Part shown: piece by piece, positions 53,400-64,000 of the stretch
How the letters are laid out: each line of letters opens with the position of its first letter
Numbering within the stretch: the first letter of the stretch is position 1
DNA from: an uncultured Acidobacteriota bacterium
Lineage (GTDB): Bacteria > Acidobacteriota > Thermoanaerobaculia > UBA5066 > DATFVB01
Direction: 5' to 3'
DNA length: 64,000 nucleotides
Assembly (NCBI GenBank): GCA_963813155.1
Contig: CAWEYG010000002.1
Span: 224,001 to 288,000 of the forward strand
Position numbers and translations under genes: made by a program
Notes under the pieces: model-generated
What the model saw: the letters and a program-made list of their open reading frames with translations, nothing else
Databases searched by the model: none
Told to the model about the DNA's origin: nothing

Positions 53400-54630
<1,231 letters not shown>

Positions 54631-54667
54631 CTGCCTGCCTCCAATTCGCGTCGAAAAAAACATTATC

Positions 54668-55181
54668 ATGGGCACCGTGACCCGGCCTGAAACGAAAGCA
54701 TCAAAGGCTCCGCTCGTCGGAATCGTCATGGGGAGCAAGTCCGACTGGGAGACGATGCGGGCGGCCGACGACATCCTCACGCAGCTCGGCGTCGCCCACG
54801 AAGTGCCGGGTCGTCTCGGCGCACCGCACGCCGAAATGGATGGCGGAGTACGCCTCGACCGCCGAGTCGCGCGGCCTCGAGCGTGATCATCGCCGGCGCG
54901 GGCGGCGCCGCGCACCTGCCCGGCATGATCGCGTCTCAGACCGCGCTGCCGGTGCTCGGCGTGCCGGTGGAGAGCCACGCGCTGCACGGCCTCGATTCGC
55001 TCCTCTCGATCGTGCAGATGCCGGGCGGCGTGCCGGTCGCGCACGCTTCGCCATCGGCAAGGCGGGCGCGACCAACGCGGCGCTCTCGCCGTTCCGTCCT
55101 GGCCGCGGACGCGCCGAAGCTGCGAGAAGAAGCTCGCCGCTTCCGGGACGCCCAGACGCGCCGGGTCCGGAAGGAGAGGCT

Positions 55182-55185
<4 letters not shown>
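54668..55185 (+). CDS. purE: N5-CAIR mutase, several frameshifts
   Basis: [31 protein letters not shown] and [18 protein letters not shown]. Confidence 0.92.
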
Positions 55186-56339
<1,154 letters not shown>

Positions 56340-56343
<4 letters not shown>

Positions 56344-56720
56344 CCGAGCGCCGCGAACCCTCGATCCGCGTGGTCCTGATGCCGAAGGACACGAATGCCC
56401 ACGGCACGATCTTCGGCGGCGTCATTCTTTCTTACATCGACCAGGCGGGGGCCGTCGAGGCGAAGCAGCACGGCGCGGACCAGATCGTGACGATCGCCAT
56501 GCGCGAGGTGGTGTTCCACGAGCCCGTCTACGTCGGCGACCTCGTTTCTTTCTACACGCGGCTGATCCGGCTCGGGAACACGTCCATCACGGTCGCGGTC
56601 GAGGTCGTCGCGACGCGCGGGGACGACGTGTCCCGGCACGTCAAAGTCACCGAGGCCGAAGTGACGTTCGTGAACCTGGGCCCGGACCGCAAGCCGAAGC
56701 CGATCCCGCAGAACAAGTAG
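56340..56720 (+). CDS. Hot-dog fold acyl-CoA thioesterase (YciA-like)
   Basis: MPKDTNAHGTIFGGVILSYIDQAG and F.EPVYVGD...GNTSITV. Confidence 0.9.
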
Positions 56721-56735
56721 GCCGAATCACCGTGC

Positions 56736-56894
56736 ACTCGAGCGGTCCGCTCGCAACACCTTCTCGTCGCGGGCGCGAAACTCGCCGTGTTTTGATGGCC
56801 TCGCCATCCGCGGTTCCCGACTGCGGCTCGGCCATATCCGGTCGCTCAGACAACGACGCCCGACTCCTCGAAGGGTCGCTCGCGGACCTCGAGT
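56736..56894. repeat. Long imperfect hairpin with nested sub-hairpins (single copy here)
   Basis: ACTCGAG/CTCGAGT, GGTCCGC/GCGGACC, CCTTC/GAAGG and CGGGCG/CGCCCG enclose GAAACTCGC...GCTCAGACA. Confidence 0.6.
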
Positions 56895-56897
56895 CCT

Positions 56898-57007
56898 GCG
56901 GGTGGCGCGGGGGGAGACCCCTTTGCCGCTCGCGGCGCGAAGTCGTAGCAAAGTCCTCAAACCCGCAGCGAGCGGAAAAGCGGGTCGAGCCCCGTGACAG
57001 GACCCGC
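56898..57007. repeat. Family-1 hairpin element, copy D (between convergent genes)
   Basis: Ends GCGGGT/ACCCGC. Loop GTAGCAAAGTCCTCA at 56945-56959. Confidence 0.9.
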
Positions 57008-57030
57008 TCCCTGGTGGCCTGCCCGGCTCT

Positions 57031-57513
57031 CTACAGCTTCGCGGCCATCTCCGGCGAGAGGAGGTAGATCAGCTTTCCCGGCGGAGAGGCGTGCGAGCCC
57101 GCGAACTTGATCCGGGCCAGCGAGGCTTTCCGCATCGGGATCGAGCCTCCGTCGCGCCCGGAAACGCACAACGACAAGAGCTCGCCCAGGTGAGGCTGAT
57201 GGCCGACGAGCAGCACGTCCCCCGGCTGCCGGCCCGAGATTTCGTCGAGCACGCGGGCGACGGGCGCCTCGGACAGGAGCGAGGAGGTTTCCCGAATCTC
57301 CGCGTTCGGAAATTCCTTCGCGGCGAAGGACGCGGTTTCCGCGGCCCGCGCCATCGGGCTGTGCCAGATCGCCTCGATCTTTTCGAGGCGGGCGAGCAGC
57401 GCCGCAACGGCCTTCGCCGAATCCCTGCCCTTTCGCGTCAGCACACGGTCTTCGTCCTTGCCCGACGAAGACCGGTCTTCGGCTTCGGCATGGCGGAACA
57501 GGAAGAGGTTCAC
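57031..57513 (-). CDS. sixA: SixA-like phosphohistidine phosphatase
   Basis: LFLFRHAEA, DEDRVLT..G, HSPMARAAETA and LLVGHQP. GTG start at 57513. Confidence 0.88.
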   Translation of the reverse strand: MNLFLFRHAEAEDRSSSGKDEDRVLTRKGRDSAKAVAALLARLEKIEAIWHSPMARAAETASFAAKEFPNAEIRETSSLLSEAPVARVLDEISGRQPGDVLLVGHQPHLGELLSLCVSGRDGGSIPMRKASLARIKFAGSHASPPGKLIYLLSPEMAAKL

Positions 57514-57524
57514 GGCGCGCCGCC

Positions 57525-58455
57525 TCAGTTGGGCGGCGGAGGCGGAGTCTCCTCGTGCACGCTCGGGACGTACGGGATGTGGTTGTCGTCGGGCGGCGAC
57601 GTCGGCGAGTTCGCGGCCGGGGCCGCATAGCCCTGGACGCGGAGTGTACGTCGGCGGCGCGGGCGCTGCGGCGGGAGGCGCGGCCGGCGCGGGCGCGGGC
57701 GCCGTCGCAGCGGCCTCCGCCGAATGCTTCGCCATGACCGACGCGGCTTCTCCCGACTTCTCCGCCTTCGCCGTCGTGACGGCCGAAGACCACTTCGGCA
57801 CGAAGCGAAGCGAGGCCGCCCGCGCGGGCATCGCGAGGGTCGCGGTGAACGTCGTGACGGAGCCGGCTTCGAGAGTTCCCGCGGCGACGTTCGCGCTCGT
57901 CGAGGCGAGCGTCTTGCCCTTGTCGTCTTTTCCCATCACGAGCATCGAGATCCCGTCCGCCGAAGCGGAGCCGGCATTTCGCAAATTTCCCTTGACCGAC
58001 AGCGAACCGTTCTCCGCCTTCTGTTCCCAATCGACGACCTCGACGCGGGCGTCTCCGTCGCCGGCTTCCTTCGTCCCCTCGTCCGCCGCGACGTACGGAT
58101 GCGAGACCTCGTCGTCGCCGACCTTGAGCCGGGCTTTCGGCGCGTTCTTCTGGGCGCGCGCCGCGTCCGCGGGGGAAACGACCGGCTCCGCGGCATCGTC
58201 GCTCTTCTTCGCGACGCTGCGGGCGCGCGCGGCCTGCGTCGCGGCGCGGTCGATTTCCGCCGCGGCGACCGAGAGAACGGTGCCGTCCTTCAACGTCAAG
58301 ACGGCCTGCGAGCCGCGAACGACGTACGGTTTCGAAAGCTCGAGAGTCTTGCCGCCCCGCAGGACGATGAGCTCGGAAGCCGTGGCGGCCGAGCCGACGG
58401 CGAGAAGAGCTGCGATGCCGAGCGCGAAGATCCGGATCGAAAGGACTCTGGTCAT
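57525..58455 (-). CDS. Secreted protein with an Ig-like (FxLYD-like) domain and Pro/Ala-rich tail; a frameshift near 57630 fuses it to sixA in the ORF track
   Basis: Signal peptide, VKGNLRNAG...GKDDKGK...LEAG...F beta-sandwich pattern, and its own TGA at 57525 in the alternative frame. Confidence 0.6.
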
Positions 58456-58508
58456 GGTTACCCCCGGTCAAAAATTTTACACCCGTTTCCATGCGATACT
58501 CTCCCGCG

Positions 58509-60998
58509 ATGCTCAACCGGCTGCGGAGCACCCTGTCGGCCGAAGATCGACTCCTGCTGGACCGCGTCCGAGAAAAACAGTGGAAATCCTCCGCCGAGCG
58601 GGACGACCTGCTTCGCCAGGTCTCCGCGGTGAAGGGCCTCTCCTCCGACGACATCTCGGGTCTCCTGATCGAAGCCGACCCCGCCGTCCGGTCGGCCGGG
58701 CTCGCGATTCTCGAGTCGCTGCCGAAGGACTCGGCCGGCGCGTCTCTCCTGTTCACGCTCACGAAGCAGCCGGAGGCGGCCCAGAAGAAGACTTTCGAGA
58801 TGTACGTCGCGACGGCGGGAGGCGAGATCACGCCCGACCGCTTCGCCGAGCTCGTCGCGGATCGTCGGCCCCAGGTCGTGACGGCCGCGATCGATTGGGT
58901 CCACGAGCACCCGAATCCGAAATACCTGGCCATGCTTTCGCTGCCGCTCTCCTCGGGGGCGCAGATTCCGCTTCGCCGAAAAGCCCTCCAGGTGATCGAA
59001 CAAATCGGCACGCCGCTCGCGGCGAAGACCGCCGCGGTGGCCGCCGAGGACGAGGACGAAGAGGTCCGGTTCCGCGCGATCGGGCTCGTCGCGAAATTCG
59101 CCGGCGAGGAGTTTCTGCCGCTCCTCCTGAAAGCCGCCGCAGACCCCTCGGCGCGCATCCAGCAGATCGCGGCCCAGGGGGCCCGTCCGCTGCTCTCGAG
59201 CGGCAGCTCGTCCTGGCCGACGCACGTGATCCCCCTGCTCGCGGACACGAACGCCCGCGTGCGCGAAAACGCGATCCAGCTGCTCAAGCCGCAGGACCCG
59301 GCCTTGATCGCCGCCGCTTTCGCCGCGTCGTTCTCGAACGTTTTTGGCCCTCTCCGCGAGCGGGGCATCGTCGCCTTCCAGGGCCTCGGAGACCGCTTTC
59401 TCCTCGCGCTCGCGGCGATCGCCGACGATCCTCACGCGGACAGGGCTGTCGCCGCCTTCGCCGCGACCCTCGCCGTCTCCGTCCGGTCGGAGAAAATCGT
59501 CCCGCTCTGCATCCGCCTCCTGAAAGAGCACGACTGGTGGCTGCGGCACCGGGCGTCCGAGGCGCTCTCGGAAATCAAGGACGAGCGCGGACTGGCGCCG
59601 CTGATCGAGATGCTCGGCGATCGGGAGTCGGACCTGACGGCCGCGGCGGCCCTCGGGTCCTGGGGCACGCCGAAGGCGCTCCCCGGCCTGCTCGAAGCGT
59701 ACAAGAAGGGCGCGATCGACCTTCGGCTCGAAATTCTCGAAGCGTTCTCGAAGATCCCGGACGCCCGCGTGCCGGCGCTGCTCCAGAACATCGTCGGCGT
59801 CGATCCCGAGCCCGTCGTTCGGGAAAAGGCGGCCAAGCTTCTCCGGGTGCGCCAGGGACTGGGCGGCGAGGGCGACGACGCGCCGGCGGCCCAGAAGCCG
59901 TCTCCCGTGGATTTCCGGAGCCTTCCGGAGATCGGCCTCGCCGACCTCCTTCGGCACGCGCGCGCCGTGGACGCATCGGACCTGCATTTCGCCGTCAACG
60001 CGATTCCCCACCTGCGGATTCGCGGGGAAATGACGCCGCTGCCGATCGCTCCGTTGACCGAGGAAGCGACCGAGCGGATGATCTTTCCCATCCTCTCCGA
60101 CGCGCAGCGCGCCCAGCTGATCGAGGAGAGGAGCTTCGATTTCTGCTATAAGGCGGGTCCGCTGGGCCGGTTCCGCACGAATTTCTTCTTTCAGCGAAAG
60201 GGCCTCGACGCGGTCTTCCGCCTCATCCCGACGCACGTCCCGACGGTCGAAGACCTCGGGCTTCCCGAATCGCTCTGGGAGCTGACCGAATACTCGCAGG
60301 GCCTCGTGCTCGTGACGGGCCCTTCGGGCTGCGGAAAGACGACGACCCTCGCGGCCTTCATCGACCGGATCAACCGGAAGGAGGCCTCCCACATCATCAC
60401 GGTCGAAGACCCGATCGAGTACGTCCATCTCAACCGCGTGTCGCTCGTCAACCAGAGGGAAGTCGGGACCCACACCGAGTCGTTCGCGAAGGCGCTTCGC
60501 CAGTCGCTGCGCGAAGACCCCGACGTGATCATGGTCGGAGAGATGCGGGACCTCGAGACGATCTCGCTCGCGATCACCGCGTCGGAAACGGGGCACCTCG
60601 TCTTCGGAACGCTGCACACCGCGACCGCGGCGGGCACGATCGACCGCGTGATCGACGCCTTCCCCGCCGGCCAGCAGGGTCATGTCCGCCAGATGCTCGC
60701 GGATTCTCTCAAGGGCGTGATCGCGCAGACGCTTCTTCCCCGCCGCGACGGCAGGGGCCGCGTCGCCGCCTTCGAGATCCTTCGCAACACCCCGAACCTC
60801 GCCGGCCTGATCCGCGAGGCGAAGGGCCATCAGATTCCGTCCGCGATCCAGACGGGATCCGCCTCGGGAATGCAGACCCTGGACGCCGCGATGTTGAAGC
60901 TCGTGCAGGACGGAATCGCGGACCCCCGCGCGGCGTACGACCGCGCGAGCCGCAAGGAAGCGTTCGAGCCGTTCCTGGGACCGGAGGCCGTCGGGTGA
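58509..60998 (+). CDS. HEAT-repeat domain fused to a PilT/PilU retraction ATPase
   Basis: About 450 aa of HEAT-like repeats (DEDEEVRFRAI, DTNARVRENAI, DWWLRHRASEAL), then ASDLH, GPSGCGKTT, ITVEDPIE, DPDVIMVGEMRD and AETGH-like/TLH boxes. Confidence 0.9.
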   Translation: MLNRLRSTLSAEDRLLLDRVREKQWKSSAERDDLLRQVSAVKGLSSDDISGLLIEADPAVRSAGLAILESLPKDSAGASLLFTLTKQPEAAQKKTFEMYVATAGGEITPDRFAELVADRRPQVVTAAIDWVHEHPNPKYLAMLSLPLSSGAQIPLRRKALQVIEQIGTPLAAKTAAVAAEDEDEEVRFRAIGLVAKFAGEEFLPLLLKAAADPSARIQQIAAQGARPLLSSGSSSWPTHVIPLLADTNARVRENAIQLLKPQDPALIAAAFAASFSNVFGPLRERGIVAFQGLGDRFLLALAAIADDPHADRAVAAFAATLAVSVRSEKIVPLCIRLLKEHDWWLRHRASEALSEIKDERGLAPLIEMLGDRESDLTAAAALGSWGTPKALPGLLEAYKKGAIDLRLEILEAFSKIPDARVPALLQNIVGVDPEPVVREKAAKLLRVRQGLGGEGDDAPAAQKPSPVDFRSLPEIGLADLLRHARAVDASDLHFAVNAIPHLRIRGEMTPLPIAPLTEEATERMIFPILSDAQRAQLIEERSFDFCYKAGPLGRFRTNFFFQRKGLDAVFRLIPTHVPTVEDLGLPESLWELTEYSQGLVLVTGPSGCGKTTTLAAFIDRINRKEASHIITVEDPIEYVHLNRVSLVNQREVGTHTESFAKALRQSLREDPDVIMVGEMRDLETISLAITASETGHLVFGTLHTATAAGTIDRVIDAFPAGQQGHVRQMLADSLKGVIAQTLLPRRDGRGRVAAFEILRNTPNLAGLIREAKGHQIPSAIQTGSASGMQTLDAAMLKLVQDGIADPRAAYDRASRKEAFEPFLGPEAVG

Positions 60999-62104
60999 GC
61001 GACCGAAACGTCAACCAGATCGACCGTTTCCTGTCGATTCTCGTCAAGCGGGGCGGCTCCGACCTGCACATGCCGGTGGGCTCGCCCCCGATCATCCGCA
61101 TCGAAGGGGAAATGGACCGCATCCGCTATCGAAACCTCGGCGAGGGAGATTTTTACAACATGCTCTCGGCGATCACGCCTCCCGAGCTCTGGGAGAGATT
61201 TCAGGCGACGGGCGACGTCGATTTCGCTTACCAGATGGGCAACGAAGCCCGTTTCCGCGCGAACCTCTTCAAACAGGAACACGGCTCCGCCGCGCTCTTC
61301 CGGCTGATTCCGCCGAAAGTTCCAACGGTCGAAGAGCTCGGACTTCCTCCCGCGATCGCGAATCTCGCTTTCAATTCGCGGGGACTCGTTCTCGTCACCG
61401 GACCGACGGGCTCGGGAAAGTCGACGACCCTCGCGGCGATCCTCGACCGGATGAACAAGAAGCTCAATCGCCACATCGTGACGATCGAAGACCCCGTCGA
61501 GTTCGTCTACGTCAACGACAAGGCGGTCTTCACCCAGCGGGAGATCGGTTCCGACGTCTCCGATTTCGCGAGCGGCGTGAAGGCCGCGCTGCGGGAAGAC
61601 CCCGACGCGCTGCTCGTCGGCGAGATGCGCGACCTCGAGACGATCCGGATGGCGCTGACGGCCGCCGAAACCGGCCTGCTCGTCTTCGCCACCCTGCACA
61701 CGAACTCCGCGGCGAAAGTCATCGACCGCGTCATCAACGCCTTTCCGAACGAGGAGCAGGATCAGATCCGGGTCGTCCTCTCGGAATCCCTCAAGGCCGT
61801 CATCGCCCAGCAGCTCCTGAGGAAGACGGGCGGCGGCAGGATCGCGGCATTCGAGGTACTGCTCGGGTCTTCCGCCCTCTCGAACTCGATCCGAGAGGGC
61901 AAGACCTCGCTCATCAACGCCCAGATTCAGACGGGCCGGAGCCGCGGGATGATCTCGATGGACCAGTCGCTCCAGGAGCTCGTCAGGGCCGGATTCGTGA
62001 CGCACGAACAGGCGCTCGAACGCGCGCTCGACAAGGAGACGTTCAAGGCCTTCCTGACGGGCGTCAAGACGCGCTCTCCCGCCGCTGTTCCGCCGACCGC
62101 CTAG
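60995..62104 (+). CDS. pilT: Type IV pilus retraction ATPase (PilT/PilU family)
   Basis: GSDLH, GPTGSGKSTT, VTIEDPVE, LREDPDALLVGEMRD and ATLHT. Confidence 0.88.
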   Translation: MSDRNVNQIDRFLSILVKRGGSDLHMPVGSPPIIRIEGEMDRIRYRNLGEGDFYNMLSAITPPELWERFQATGDVDFAYQMGNEARFRANLFKQEHGSAALFRLIPPKVPTVEELGLPPAIANLAFNSRGLVLVTGPTGSGKSTTLAAILDRMNKKLNRHIVTIEDPVEFVYVNDKAVFTQREIGSDVSDFASGVKAALREDPDALLVGEMRDLETIRMALTAAETGLLVFATLHTNSAAKVIDRVINAFPNEEQDQIRVVLSESLKAVIAQQLLRKTGGGRIAAFEVLLGSSALSNSIREGKTSLINAQIQTGRSRGMISMDQSLQELVRAGFVTHEQALERALDKETFKAFLTGVKTRSPAAVPPTA

Positions 62105-63573
62105 CGCGGGCGGAGCCGCCGGATTCCTTCCGCCCCGAAATCCTCGGCGAAATGGTGGGACTCCAGGAACGCCGGGAGCAGCCGGCCCGGCGTCTCGAGC
62201 GGAGTCCCGCTCCCCCTCAAAACGATCGTCTCGGGATGGTCGCGCAGGATTCGCACCTGTTCTTCCTCGAGGCCGCCGACGAGGTAGTGCACCCAGAGGT
62301 CGGGATTGGAGTACAGCCCTCCCGGAGGAACGCGCCGGGAGCGGATGAAAAGATTCTGATCGACGCCGTAAAGAAAGAGCGGCGCAGAAGGCAACCCGGC
62401 GAGCCGCGCGAGCGCGTCGTCGTCCTCCTTCGAGCTCCAGAAGCTCATTTCTCCCGCCGACGTGTCGGTCGCGAGAAACGCGCCGTTCAGCACGATCGAA
62501 AGGCCGACGGCGATCGCGGGCGCCAGTTGTGGGAGGCTCGAAGCCGCCCGCGAGCTTCGGTCCCTCTGAGCCTTCCACTCCCCGAGGGAAAGCGGACTGC
62601 GGCGCGAGGGTCGAGGACGGATTAGGCGAACCCGGGCCTTCCGGAGCACATAGCCTCCCCTGCAGCCACCGCGAGGAGCGGGACGGCCGCGACGAGATGA
62701 ACCATCTCGAAATGCGGAAACGCGAGCAGCGCGAAGCCGGCGGCCAGACCCGCGAGGAGAAGTGCGCCGTCGCGATCGCCGCTGCGCCGGAACGCGAGCG
62801 CGATCAAGGCGGCGAGCGGAAGGATGCCGGCCAGAACGATTTCCGCCTGCTCGGGCTGAATTCCCAGCAGACGTCCGCCCCCGGTAGAAGAGGATCGGCA
62901 CCCCGAGCGTCCAGCGCAGGAAGTCGCGCCCGGCTCCAGCCGCCAGAAAGAACAGGAAGAAGGCGGACGGAATCGCGGCGGCCCGCATCACGAACGACGC
63001 GAGAAGGCGGCGTCTCCGGAACGCGACCCACGCGGAGGCGAAGAGAAACGCGAAGAGGGCCGGCTGCTTGATCGAGAGCGCGGCACCGAACATCCAGCCG
63101 GCAAAACGAATGTCCCGCGTCCTCTCCCCGGAGGAGCGCCGAAAAAATCGGAATGGCGAGGGCGGCCAGGAAAACTTCCGGATAGATCGCGTTCCCGTCC
63201 CAGGCGAAGTACAGGAGCACGAACAGAAGCCCCGCGCATCCGTGGGCCAGGGCGCTCCATCCGCGGGCTCTGGCCGTGCCGGCGCAGAGCGAAAAGGACC
63301 GCGGCGACGGGAAGGAGGCCGAGAAGCCGAAGACTTCCGCCGGTGAACCCGATCGTCCGGGAAACGCCGGCGAGAAACGCGATCGAAAGGGGCGAGTGGA
63401 CGACTTTGATGTCGCGGTACAGCAACCAGCCCCGCCCGCACAGGTACGAGGGAACGAGGACCTCGGGCCAGGCCCGGAATCGGATTCGAAGGCTCAGGAC
63501 GGACGCGACCGCGAAGAAGAAGATCGAAAACGCCCACTCCGGCGATCCGCTCGCGCCTCGGGCGGGCCCTCAC
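62101..63573 (-). CDS. GT-C fold (ArnT/PMT-like) membrane glycosyltransferase, fragmented across frames
   Basis: Stitched frames read WPEVLVPSYL..GWLLYRDIKVVHSPL, many TM segments, ALSIKQP and AFPHFEMVH, followed by a soluble C-terminal domain. Confidence 0.6.
   Translation of the reverse strand: MRARPRRERIAGVGVFDLLLRGRVRPEPSNPIPGLARGPRSLVPVRAGLVAVPRHQSRPLAPFDRVSRRRFPDDRVHRRKSSASRPPSRRRGPFRSAPARPEPADGAPWPTDARGFCSCSCTSPGTGTRSIRKFSWPPSPFRFFRRSSGERTRDIRFAGWMFGAALSIKQPALFAFLFASAWVAFRRRRLLASFVMRAAAIPSAFFLFFLAAGAGRDFLRWTLGVPILFYRGRTSAGNSARAGGNRSGRHPSARRLDRARVPAQRRSRRRTSPRGSGRRLRAARVSAFRDGSSRRGRPAPRGGCRGGYVLRKARVRLIRPRPSRRSPLSLGEWKAQRDRSSRAASSLPQLAPAIAVGLSIVLNGAFLATDTSAGEMSFWSSKEDDDALARLAGLPSAPLFLYGVDQNLFIRSRRVPPGGLYSNPDLWVHYLVGGLEEEQVRILRDHPETIVLRGSGTPLETPGRLLPAFLESHHFAEDFGAEGIRRLRPR
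62546..62637. repeat. Family-2 hairpin element, diverged copy 3 (inside the glycosyltransferase gene)
   Basis: Core CCCGAGGGAAAGCGGACTGCGGCGCGAGGGTCGA at 62581-62614 plus upstream CTCTGAG. Ends GCCCG/CGGGC; boundaries uncertain. Confidence 0.7.
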
Positions 63574-64000
63574 ACGATGAATCCCCGGTACCACTCCCAG
63601 ACCGGCCGCGCCCAGAAATACGCCGCGATTCCGGCGAGGCCGAGAAAGACGCCAAACGGCAATCGCGTTTTCCAGTCGCCGCCCCGAAACATCATCGCGA
63701 CTCCCACGACGCTTCCCGAGAGCGAGGCGAACAGGACGGTGAAGAGAACGCCCGCCGGACCCGTGAACGCCCCGATCGCTCCGAGCATCTTCACGTCGCC
63801 CAGGCCCATGCCCTCGCGACGGGTCAGCTTTTCGTACGCGAACGCGACCGCCCAGAGAACGCCCGCTCCCGCCGCGAGCCCGAGCACGGACGAGCGCCAC
63901 GGGAGCCTCCCCGAAAAGAAGGAAAACGCGACGCCGGCCGCCGCCAGCGGGAAGGGTGATCGCATCCGGAAGAATCTGGAAGTCGAAATCGATGAAGATG
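63570..64000 (-). CDS. pilD: Prepilin peptidase (3' part; runs off the right edge)
   Basis: FIDFDFQILPD at the window edge, EGMGLGDVKMLGAIGAF.G and LPFGVFL. Confidence 0.9.
   Translation of the reverse strand, partial: SSSISTSRFFRMRSPFPLAAAGVAFSFFSGRLPWRSSVLGLAAGAGVLWAVAFAYEKLTRREGMGLGDVKMLGAIGAFTGPAGVLFTVLFASLSGSVVGVAMMFRGGDWKTRLPFGVFLGLAGIAAYFWARPVWEWYRGFIV

Noticed and set aside
57031-58455. Apparent secreted-domain-SixA fusion (474 aa)
   Set aside because: A low-complexity frameshifted linker joins them. The upstream gene has its own TGA at 57525 and sixA has its own GTG at 57513.

Overview
GC-rich (roughly 65-70%) bacterial window. Gene content suggests Acidobacteriota, possibly Thermoanaerobaculia-like (inference). 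Many single-base frameshifts in essential genes point to an unpolished long-read assembly. Core content: selA, a Phd-VapC toxin-antitoxin pair, mqnC and mqnA, an argR-C-B-D-G-H-J operon with ARG boxes, a Tat-exported IorAB-like molybdoenzyme with XdhC, tig-clpP-clpX-lon-engB-rho, tandem OmpA lipoproteins with a VWA protein, mdh-sdhCAB-sucCD-ndk, icd and purEK. A dispersed type IV pilus locus comprises a lower-GC fimT-pilV-pilW-pilX-pilY1-like block, a PilS/PilR-like pair, a HEAT-repeat-PilT fusion plus a second PilT, a GT-C glycosyltransferase and pilD. The most unusual signal is non-coding: at least three families of long hairpin repeats. Family 1 (4 copies, ~120 bp) has co-varying stems and an invariant GTAGCAAAGTCCTCA loop. 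Family 2 (3 copies) has a conserved CCCGAGGGAAAGCGRACTGCGGC apex. One copy of each lies inside a protein-coding gene, and deleting the hairpin restores the reading frame. Family 3 (CCCTCTCCC/GGGAGAGGG...GGGTGAGGG, 9 sites) occurs both as empty doublets and wrapped around single genes (a DUF559 endonuclease and a four-helix-bundle protein), suggesting an uncharacterised REP/MITE-like mobile system. Leaderless promoters are frequent and several genes appear to start at CTG. All calls were made by eye, without database searches.
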